Under the pieces are notes generated by a model, which saw only the letters and a program-made list of their open reading frames with translations, did no database searches and was not told where the DNA came from. From the NCBI RefSeq assembly GCF_016127575.1, contig NZ_CP066018.1, positions 600,001 through 632,000 of the forward strand: a stretch of DNA of 32,000 nucleotides, in the 5' to 3' direction. Source of the DNA: Cupriavidus necator (GTDB lineage: Bacteria > Pseudomonadota > Gammaproteobacteria > Burkholderiales > Burkholderiaceae). This document shows positions 25,454 through 32,000 of the stretch, piece by piece (the stretch's first letter is position 1; every line of letters starts with the position of its first letter). Both the position numbers and the translations under genes were made by a program.

Positions 25454-25496
25454 CGTACTTGCTACCAGTGCCGGCCGCCTGGCGGCCGGCAAGGCA

Positions 25497-26432
25497 TCAG
25501 CCCAGTGCTGCCACCAGCTCCGGCACCACGGTGTTCAGGTCGCCTACCAGGCCGTAGTCGGCCACGGAGAAGATCGGGGCTTCGGCATCCTTGTTGATCG
25601 CAACGATCACCTTGGAGTCCTTCATGCCGGCCAGGTGCTGGATCGCGCCGGAGATACCGACGGCGATATACAGCTGCGGCGCGACGATCTTGCCGGTCTG
25701 GCCGACCTGGTAGTCGTTCGGCACGAAGCCGGCGTCCACGGCGGCGCGCGAGGCACCCAGCGCGGCGCCCAGCTTGTCGGCCAGCGGCGTCAGCACCTTG
25801 GTGTAGTTCTCGCCCGAACCCACGCCACGGCCACCCGAGACGATGATCTTGGCGGCGGTCAGTTCCGGACGGTCGCTCTTGGCCACTTCGCGCGAAACAA
25901 ACTGCGAAACGCCTGCGTCGGCCACGGCCGGCAGGGTCTCGACGGCAGCCGAGCCACCTTCGGCGGCGGCGGCGTCAAAGGCGGTGCCGCGCACGGTGAT
26001 GACCTTGATCTTGTCTTCCGACTTGACCGTGGCGATGGCGTTGCCGGCGTAGATCGGGCGCTCGAACGTGTCCGGGGCGTCGACCTTGGAGATTTCCGAG
26101 ATCTGGGCCACGTCCAGCTTGGCAGCCACGCGCGGCAGGATGTTCTTGCCGTACGGGGTGGCCGGAGCCAGGATATGCGAGTAGTCGTTGGCGATGGCCA
26201 GCGCCTGCTCGGCCACGTTCTCGGCCAGGCCGTCACCGAAGTACGGGGCGTCGGCCAGCAGGACCTTGGTCACGCCGGCGATCTTGGCGGCCGCATCGGC
26301 CGCGGCCTTGGCGTTGGCACCAGCCACCAGCACGTGCACGTCGCCGCCGCACTGGGCAGCGGCAGTCACGGTGTTCAGCGTGGCGGCCTTGATGGATTGA
26401 TTGTCGTGTTCAGCAATGACGAGTGCAGTCAT
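25497..26432 (-). CDS. etfA: Electron transfer flavoprotein subunit alpha
   Basis: 311 aa, [22 protein letters not shown].. and C-terminal FAD-binding region ..[28 protein letters not shown]. Confidence 0.95.
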   Translation of the reverse strand: MTALVIAEHDNQSIKAATLNTVTAAAQCGGDVHVLVAGANAKAAADAAAKIAGVTKVLLADAPYFGDGLAENVAEQALAIANDYSHILAPATPYGKNILPRVAAKLDVAQISEISKVDAPDTFERPIYAGNAIATVKSEDKIKVITVRGTAFDAAAAEGGSAAVETLPAVADAGVSQFVSREVAKSDRPELTAAKIIVSGGRGVGSGENYTKVLTPLADKLGAALGASRAAVDAGFVPNDYQVGQTGKIVAPQLYIAVGISGAIQHLAGMKDSKVIVAINKDAEAPIFSVADYGLVGDLNTVVPELVAALG

Positions 26433-26450
26433 GTTATTTCTCCCCCGCGC

Positions 26451-27200
26451 TCAGATAACCTTGGCTTCGTTCTTCAGCTTCTGCACCAGCGTCGCAACGT
26501 CCGGCACCATCACACCCGCGCTGCGCTTGGCAGGCTCGACCACCTTCAGGGTCGACAGGCGCGGCTTGACGTCGACGCCGAGGTCTTCCGGCTTGACGAT
26601 ATCGAGCTGCTTCTTCTTGGCCTTCATGATGTTCGGCAGCGTCACGTAGCGCGGCTCGTTCAGGCGCAGGTCGGTCGTCACCACGGCCGGCAGCTTGAGC
26701 GACAGCGTTTCCAGGCCGCCATCGACTTCACGCGTCACCGAGGCCTTGCCGTCGGCAACCACCACCTTGGAGGCGAACGTGGCTTGCGGCAGGCCAGCCA
26801 GCGCGGCCACCATCTGGCCGGTCTGGTTGGAGTCGTCGTCGATGGCCTGCTTGCCCAGGATCACCAGTTGCGGCTGTTCCTTGTCGATCAGCGCCTTCAG
26901 CAGCTTGGCCACGGCCAGCGGTTGCAGGTCTTCGTTCGATTCCACCAGGATGCCGCGGTCGGCACCGATGGCCATCGCGGTGCGCAGGGTTTCCTGGCAC
27001 TGCGTGACACCGCACGAGACGGCGATCACTTCGGTGACAACACCGGCTTCCTTCAGGCGCACGGCCTCTTCCACGGCGATTTCGTCGAAGGGGTTCATGC
27101 TCATCTTCACGTTGGCCAGATCGACGCCGCTGCCGTCCGCCTTGACGCGGACCTTGACGTTGTAATCCACCACCCGCTTGACTGCGACGAGTACTTTCAT
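26451..27200 (-). CDS. etfB: Electron transfer flavoprotein subunit beta
   Basis: 249 aa, [39 protein letters not shown].., directly upstream of etfA. Confidence 0.95.
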   Translation of the reverse strand: MKVLVAVKRVVDYNVKVRVKADGSGVDLANVKMSMNPFDEIAVEEAVRLKEAGVVTEVIAVSCGVTQCQETLRTAMAIGADRGILVESNEDLQPLAVAKLLKALIDKEQPQLVILGKQAIDDDSNQTGQMVAALAGLPQATFASKVVVADGKASVTREVDGGLETLSLKLPAVVTTDLRLNEPRYVTLPNIMKAKKKQLDIVKPEDLGVDVKPRLSTLKVVEPAKRSAGVMVPDVATLVQKLKNEAKVI

Positions 27201-27316
27201 GCGCTCACTCCACTGATAGCTGATAGTCAGAAATTTTGTTCGCTCGTCATTATAACCACCGGGTTGGCGGCTCTCCTGTTTTTCGAACGATCGTACTATT
27301 TTATCGGCAAAATGAT

Positions 27317-27333
27317 GCCGGGCATAGCCCGGC
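27317..27333 (-). terminator. Possible metNIQ operon terminator hairpin
   Basis: GCCGGGC-ATA-GCCCGGC perfect 7-bp stem 86 nt downstream of the metQ stop. The tail on the minus strand is only partly U-rich (ATCATTTTGCC). Confidence 0.4.
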
Positions 27334-27418
27334 AGATCCCAGCCGTCCGACGATTGTGCCGCAAACCGGGGCTTGCGGGCATCGTCTGATTGGATGAAAC
27401 CCTCAAAGTGGCGTCGGC

Positions 27419-28216
27419 TTACCAGGCGGTAATGACCGAGTCCTTGAAGGTCGATGTGACGTATTGCTTGATTTCCGGCGAGTGATAAGCCTTCACCAGC
27501 TTGGCCACCCAGGGCTTGCTCTTGTCAGCCTCGCGGATCGCGATCAGGTTGGCGTACGGACCCTTCGGGCCTTCGATGGCGATGGCATCCTTGACGGGCG
27601 ACAGGCCGGCCGATTCCGCGTAGTTGCCGTTGATGGCGGCGGCATCCAGGTCATCCAGCGAGCGCGGCAGCTGCGCGGCGTCCAGCTCGACGATGCGGAT
27701 CTTCTTCGGGTTCTCGACGATGTCCAGCGGCGTGGCCTTCAGGCCGGCGTTAGGCTTGAGCTTGATCACGCCCTTGCTCTGCAGCAGCAACAGGCCGCGC
27801 CCGCCGTTGGTGGGATCGTTGGGCACGCCCACGCGCGCACCCTGCTTGAGCTGGTCGAGCGACTTGATCTTCTTCGAGTACACGCCCATCGGGAACGTCA
27901 CCGTATAGGCGATATGCGTGAACTTGTAGCCGCGGTCCTTGATCTGGGCTTCCAGGTACGGCAGGTGCTGGTAGCTGTTGGCGTCCAGGTCGCCGGCGGC
28001 CAGCGCGGCGTTGGGCTGGATGTAGTCGCTGAACTCGACCACGTGGATGTTCAGGCCGTCCTTGGCGGCGACCTTCTTCACCTGTTCCATGATCTGGGCG
28101 TGCGGGCCGCCGGTCACGCCGATCTTGATCGGCTTTTCCTGGGCGACGGCGCCCGTTGCCAGCGTTGCGCCGATCGCGGCGCCGAGAATCCATTGCAGCA
28201 GGTTGCGACGTTGCAT
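27419..28216 (-). CDS. metQ: Methionine ABC transporter substrate-binding lipoprotein
   Basis: Track ORF trimmed to ATG 28216 ([25 protein letters not shown] signal). NlpA/MetQ-like body. Follows metN and metI. Confidence 0.9.
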   Translation of the reverse strand: MQRRNLLQWILGAAIGATLATGAVAQEKPIKIGVTGGPHAQIMEQVKKVAAKDGLNIHVVEFSDYIQPNAALAAGDLDANSYQHLPYLEAQIKDRGYKFTHIAYTVTFPMGVYSKKIKSLDQLKQGARVGVPNDPTNGGRGLLLLQSKGVIKLKPNAGLKATPLDIVENPKKIRIVELDAAQLPRSLDDLDAAAINGNYAESAGLSPVKDAIAIEGPKGPYANLIAIREADKSKPWVAKLVKAYHSPEIKQYVTSTFKDSVITAW

Positions 28217-28262
28217 GATATGCGTTCCTGTTTCAGAAAATAATTGACTTGGCGTTGACGGA

Positions 28263-28916
28263 TTAGCGGTGGCTGATACGGCGGACAAGCCAGTCGCCGA
28301 AGCTCTGCACGGCCTGCACGAACACGATCAGGATCACCACCACCGCCACCATGACCTCGGTGATATAGCGCTGGTAGCCGTAGCGGATGCCCAGGTCGCC
28401 CAGACCGCCTCCGCCGATCGCGCCGGCCATGGCCGAATAGCCGACCAGGCTGACAAAGGTGATGGTCAGGCCGGCGACGATGCCGGGCATGGCCTCGGGC
28501 AGCAGCACCTTCCACACGATCTGGCGGGTGGTGGCGCCCATCGACTGAGCGGCCTCGACCAGGCCCTTGTCGACCTCGCGCAGCGCGCTTTCCACCAGGC
28601 GCGCGATAAACGGGATCGCCGCGATGGTCAGCGGCACGATCGCCGCGGTGGTGCCGATCGACGACCCGACGATAAAGCGCGTGAACGGGATCACCACCAC
28701 CAGCAGGATGATGAACGGGATCGAGCGCACGGCGTTGACCACCACGCCGATGCCGCGGTTGAACAGCGGGTGCGACAGCACGCCGCCACGGTTGGTCAGG
28801 TGCAACAGCACGCCCAGCGGCACGCCCAGCAGCGAGCCGACCACGCCCGAGATCGCCACCATCAGCAGGGTCTCGTTGAACGAGGTCAGGAACAGGTCAA
28901 ACATTTCAGACCACAT
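28263..28916 (-). CDS. metI: Methionine ABC transporter permease
   Basis: 217 aa, five hydrophobic segments. MetI-type EAA loop region ..[32 protein letters not shown]. Confidence 0.9.
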   Translation of the reverse strand: MWSEMFDLFLTSFNETLLMVAISGVVGSLLGVPLGVLLHLTNRGGVLSHPLFNRGIGVVVNAVRSIPFIILLVVVIPFTRFIVGSSIGTTAAIVPLTIAAIPFIARLVESALREVDKGLVEAAQSMGATTRQIVWKVLLPEAMPGIVAGLTITFVSLVGYSAMAGAIGGGGLGDLGIRYGYQRYITEVMVAVVVILIVFVQAVQSFGDWLVRRISHR

Positions 28917-29940
28917 GCTCGAACTCCTCCACCACGACGCCTTGCGCCTGCAGGTATTCCATCGCCGCCTTCACGTCGGCCAGTTCGCCCGTGGCCATGA
29001 TCGCCAGCGAGCCGAAAGCCTGGCCCTGGATCTCGTCGATATGGCCGTGCAGGATATTGAAGTCCAGCCCGTAGCGGCGGATCGCCTGGGCCAGCACCGG
29101 CTGGTCCACGCCCTCGCCGGTGAAGGCCAGGCGGTAGACATGGTCGCGCCCGTTGCCGAGCCGGCTCTCCACGCGCTTGAGCACGCTGGCCGGCAGTTCC
29201 TGCGAGATGACGTCGCCGATCATGGCGCGGGTGACGTCGTGCTGCGGGCGCAGGAATACGTCGATCACGCGCCCGGTCTCCACCACCCGGCCGGCTTCAA
29301 GCACGGCCACGCGGTCGCAGACCTGCTTGATGACTTCCATCTGGTGCGTGATCATCACGATGGTCAGGCCCAGGTCGCGGTTGATCTGCTTGAGCAGTTC
29401 CAGGATGGAGCGGGTGGTTTCCGGGTCCAGCGCGGAAGTGGCCTCGTCCGAGAGCAGCACCTTGGGCTTGCTGGCCAGGGCGCGCGCAATGCCCACGCGC
29501 TGCTTCTGCCCGCCGCTGATCTGCGCCGGATAGCGGCCCTTCAGCGCCGACAGGCCCACCAGGTCCAGCAGCGGCAGCACCGTCGCGGCAATCTCAGCCT
29601 TGGGCTTGCCGGCCAGTTCCAGCGGCAGCGCCACGTTCTCATACACCGTGCGCGACGACAGCAGGTTGAAGTGCTGGAAGATCATGCCGATCTCGCGGCG
29701 TGCCAGGCGCAGCGCGCCCGTGTCCAGCGCGGTCAGCTCCTGGCCCGCGACGATCACGCGGCCGCTCGAGGGCCGGTTCAACAGGTTGATGGCGCGTACC
29801 AGCGTGCTCTTGCCGGCGCCGCTGCGGCCGATAATGCCGAAGACCTCGCCCGCCGCTATCGACAGGCTGACGTCCCGCAATGCATGCACGTCGCCAGACG
29901 CGCCCGGGAAGCGCTGCGACAGTCCTTGCAGTTCGATCAT
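28906..29940 (-). CDS. metN: Methionine ABC transporter ATP-binding protein
   Basis: Track ORF trimmed to ATG 29940 ([11 protein letters not shown]..). Walker [10 protein letters not shown], signature ISGGQKQRV, Walker [14 protein letters not shown]-terminal NIL domain. Overlaps metI by 11 nt. Confidence 0.9.
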   Translation of the reverse strand: MIELQGLSQRFPGASGDVHALRDVSLSIAAGEVFGIIGRSGAGKSTLVRAINLLNRPSSGRVIVAGQELTALDTGALRLARREIGMIFQHFNLLSSRTVYENVALPLELAGKPKAEIAATVLPLLDLVGLSALKGRYPAQISGGQKQRVGIARALASKPKVLLSDEATSALDPETTRSILELLKQINRDLGLTIVMITHQMEVIKQVCDRVAVLEAGRVVETGRVIDVFLRPQHDVTRAMIGDVISQELPASVLKRVESRLGNGRDHVYRLAFTGEGVDQPVLAQAIRRYGLDFNILHGHIDEIQGQAFGSLAIMATGELADVKAAMEYLQAQGVVVEEFEHVV

Positions 29941-29950
29941 GGAAAGGTGA

Positions 29951-29997
29951 CCAAAAGAAAAACGGCAACAGGCGAGGGATCTCCAGCGCTGTTGCCG
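29951..29997 (-). terminator. Terminator-like hairpin plus U-tract inside the metN leader (candidate attenuator or riboswitch expression platform)
   Basis: Minus strand: CGGCAACAG-N17-CTGTTGCCG followed by TTTTTCTTTTGG, ending about 11 nt before the metN ATG. No purine-rich Shine-Dalgarno in between. Confidence 0.5.
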
Positions 29998-30067
29998 CTC
30001 GTTATTTTTCTGAAGCGCGTATTTTATGCGATTCGCTTCATACCATAAACGACTTTTTACCGATGTC

Positions 30068-30096
30068 TTTATACGTTCCCGGCATATAAGGGGCAA
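30068..30096 (-). promoter_or_regulatory. Candidate sigma-70 promoter for metNIQ
   Basis: Minus strand: TTGCCC (30096..30091), 17-nt spacer, TATAAA (30073..30068). This predicts a leader of about 120 nt. Confidence 0.4.
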
Positions 30097-30105
30097 AAAA
30101 GTCGA

Positions 30106-30915
30106 TTATGAGCCACGCCAGGACGGCGAACGCTTGTCAATGAAGGCCTGCACCCCCTCCAGCGCCGACTCGTCCATCATGTTGCAGGCCATGGTCTGGC
30201 CGGCCAGCTGGTAGGCGGCCTCGATGCCCATTTCCAGCTGGCGGTAGAACAGACACTTGCCGGCGGCCACCGCGGCGGCCGGCTTGGCGCAGATGCTGGC
30301 GGCCAGGCGCGCCACCTCTTCGTCGAGCTGGCCAGCGGGCACCACCCGGTTCACCAGCCCGCGCTCACGGGCGGTTTCGGCGTCGATCATGTCGCCGGTC
30401 AGCAGCATCTCCATCGCCTGCTTGCGGTGCAGGTTGCGCGACAACGCCACCCCGGGCGTCGAGCAGAACAGGCCCAGGTTGACGCCGGACACCGCAAAGC
30501 GCGCATCGTCGGCGGCCACCGCAAGGTCGCACATGGCCACCAGCTGGCAGCCCGCCGCCGTGGCGATGCCCTGCACGCGCGCAAGCACCGGCTGCGGCAT
30601 CTTCTGGATCGCCATCATCATGCGCGTGCAGCGGTCGAACAGGCGCCGGTAGTAGTCGTGCGACGGCGAGGCCCGCATCTCGCGCAGGTCGTGCCCGGCG
30701 CAGAAGGCCTTGCCGGCGCCGGCCAGCACCACCACGCGCACGGTATGGTCCGACGCCAGCCGGCCGAGGGCTTCGGTCAGCGCGTCGAGCAGCCCTTCTG
30801 ACAGTGCATTGAACGCCTGCGGCCGATTCATGGTCAGCCGCACCACGCCCGCGGTGTCGCGCGATTCGGTCAGCAGCGGCGCGTCCACGCGCGCATCGGT
30901 CTCGGCCATGGCCAT
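30106..30915 (-). CDS. Enoyl-CoA hydratase/isomerase (crotonase) family protein
   Basis: ..VRVVVLAGAGKAFCAGHDLREM.. oxyanion-hole region and crotonase-fold length. ATG 30909 is an alternative start with better spacing from AGGAGA. Confidence 0.9.
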   Translation of the reverse strand: MAMAETDARVDAPLLTESRDTAGVVRLTMNRPQAFNALSEGLLDALTEALGRLASDHTVRVVVLAGAGKAFCAGHDLREMRASPSHDYYRRLFDRCTRMMMAIQKMPQPVLARVQGIATAAGCQLVAMCDLAVAADDARFAVSGVNLGLFCSTPGVALSRNLHRKQAMEMLLTGDMIDAETARERGLVNRVVPAGQLDEEVARLAASICAKPAAAVAAGKCLFYRQLEMGIEAAYQLAGQTMACNMMDESALEGVQAFIDKRSPSWRGS

Positions 30916-30921
30916 GCTCTC

Positions 30922-31845
30922 CTATCGTTCCAGCAGCACCTTCAGGTGCGCCAGCACGCTGCGGCCCAGCGCGCTCAGGTTGTAGCCCCCCTCCAGGCAG
31001 CTGACGATGCGGCCCTGCGCATGGGCGCGCGCAACGTCCACCAGCTGGCCGGTGATCCAGGCGTAGTCCTGCTCCACCAGGCCCATCTGGCCCAGGTCGT
31101 CCTCGCGGTGCGCGTCAAAGCCGGCGGAGATAAACAGCATCTGCGGGCGGAACTCATTGAGCCGCGGCAGCCAGATGGTCTCGACCACTTCGCGCACGGC
31201 CATGCCGTTGGTATAGGCCGGCAGCGGTATGTTGACCATATTGGGCGCGAGATGCTCGGTGCCGCTGTACGGATAGAACGGGTGCTGGAAAATGCTGCAC
31301 ATCATCACCTGCTCGTCGCCGCGGAATGCCGCTTCGGTGCCATTGCCGTGGTGCACGTCGAAATCGATGATGGCCACGCGCTCCAGCCCGTGCGCCCGCA
31401 GCGCGTGGCGCGCGGCGATGGCGACGTTGTTGTAGAAGCAGAAGCCCATGGCGCGGTCGGGCTCGGCGTGGTGGCCGGGCGGGCGCACGCAGCAGAACGC
31501 GTTTTCGAACTCGCCGGCGATCACCGCATCGGTGGCCGCCACCGCCGCGCCCGCGGCCAGCGTGGCGGCGGCAAGCGTGTGCGAGTTCATCGAGGTATCC
31601 GGATCGATCGCGTGATAGCCGCTGGCCGGGCTGGCGCGTTCGAGTGAATCGACATAGTCGGGCCGGTGCACGCGCTCAAGCTGCTCGCGCGTGGCGGGCG
31701 GGGCTTCGCGGCGCTCCAGCAGCCCGTCCAGGCCGTGCGAAATCAGGTGATCCTCGATCGCCTGAAGGCGTTCCGGGCACTCCGGATGGAAATGCCCCAT
31801 CTCGTGCCGCTGGAACTCGGGGTGCGTGTAATAGCCTGTCGGCAT
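30922..31845 (-). CDS. Histone deacetylase / acetoin-utilisation (class II HDAC-like) family deacylase
   Basis: 307 aa, ..RPPGHHAEPDRAMGFCFYNNVAIAA..IIDFDVHHGNGTE..SAGFDAHREDDLG.. carries the Zn and catalytic residues of the family. Confidence 0.9.
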   Translation of the reverse strand: MPTGYYTHPEFQRHEMGHFHPECPERLQAIEDHLISHGLDGLLERREAPPATREQLERVHRPDYVDSLERASPASGYHAIDPDTSMNSHTLAAATLAAGAAVAATDAVIAGEFENAFCCVRPPGHHAEPDRAMGFCFYNNVAIAARHALRAHGLERVAIIDFDVHHGNGTEAAFRGDEQVMMCSIFQHPFYPYSGTEHLAPNMVNIPLPAYTNGMAVREVVETIWLPRLNEFRPQMLFISAGFDAHREDDLGQMGLVEQDYAWITGQLVDVARAHAQGRIVSCLEGGYNLSALGRSVLAHLKVLLER

Positions 31846-32000
31846 CTCTTATCGTCGCGATGTTGTCTCCAATCGCTACGTTAGCACACGCCAGCCCAAG
31901 CCACCCAGCGGCGCCGGCGCGCCATCTCGTGACGACTTGCCGGCAGTTGCCGCAGTGGCATCCGCTATACTCGGTGCGACTTGCAAAGGACATCATGACC

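Noticed and set aside
27214-27227. Tandem TGATAGC/TGATAGT repeat just upstream of the etfB ribosome-binding site
   Set aside because: Only two 7-nt units are present. This is too short to separate from chance, and there is no second occurrence elsewhere in the window.
23698-27389. 547-aa and 662-aa plus-strand ORFs
   Set aside because: Antisense shadows of the acyl-CoA dehydrogenase and etfA/etfB genes. Both are extremely Arg/Gly/His/Asp-rich with no domains.
28269-30048. 243-aa and 493-aa plus-strand ORFs
   Set aside because: Antisense to metI and metN, which carry canonical ABC transporter motifs.
31676-31996. 106-aa minus-strand ORF, and a possible plus-strand start (ATG 31995) at the window end
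   Set aside because: The minus ORF overlaps the deacetylase 5-prime end in another frame and looks like a shadow. The plus-strand start has only six nucleotides inside the window, which is too little to call.

Overview
High-GC, Cupriavidus/Ralstonia-like (Burkholderiaceae) chromosomal segment; the taxon is inferred from composition and gene content only. It has three parts. (1) 1-7882 holds a probable periplasmic amine-catabolism neighbourhood. A DUF1329/DUF1302 pair and a PhyH-dioxygenase/RidA pair lie on the minus strand. A Tat-signal flavin amine oxidase abuts a di-haem cytochrome c on the plus strand, followed by an M23/LysM peptidase. The two minus-strand operons are each preceded by the same gap-free 70-nt promoter/operator module. 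(2) 7938-21243 is an accessory mosaic whose GC falls visibly, to roughly 42-53% in the lines I counted by hand inside the recombinase genes. It contains a PAS hybrid histidine kinase, a receiver-adenylate cyclase, and an orphan minus-strand operon (HAD-like, two unknowns, one frameshifted gene) divergent from a small XRE regulator. It also contains two stretches without convincing genes. The centrepiece is a block of three abutting or overlapping tyrosine recombinases plus an HTH/coiled-coil gene, which is the architecture of recombinase-in-trio (RIT) elements. The right edge of this block cuts a PA0069-type radical SAM gene at its Fe-S cysteine motif. (3) 21622-31845 is ordinary core metabolism: lrp/dadA, a long acyl-CoA dehydrogenase, etfBA, metNIQ, enoyl-CoA hydratase and a histone-deacetylase-family protein, with several clear hairpin terminators. 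Most long ORFs in the track that lie opposite these genes are high-GC antisense shadows and were rejected. No rRNA, intact tRNA or CRISPR array was seen.
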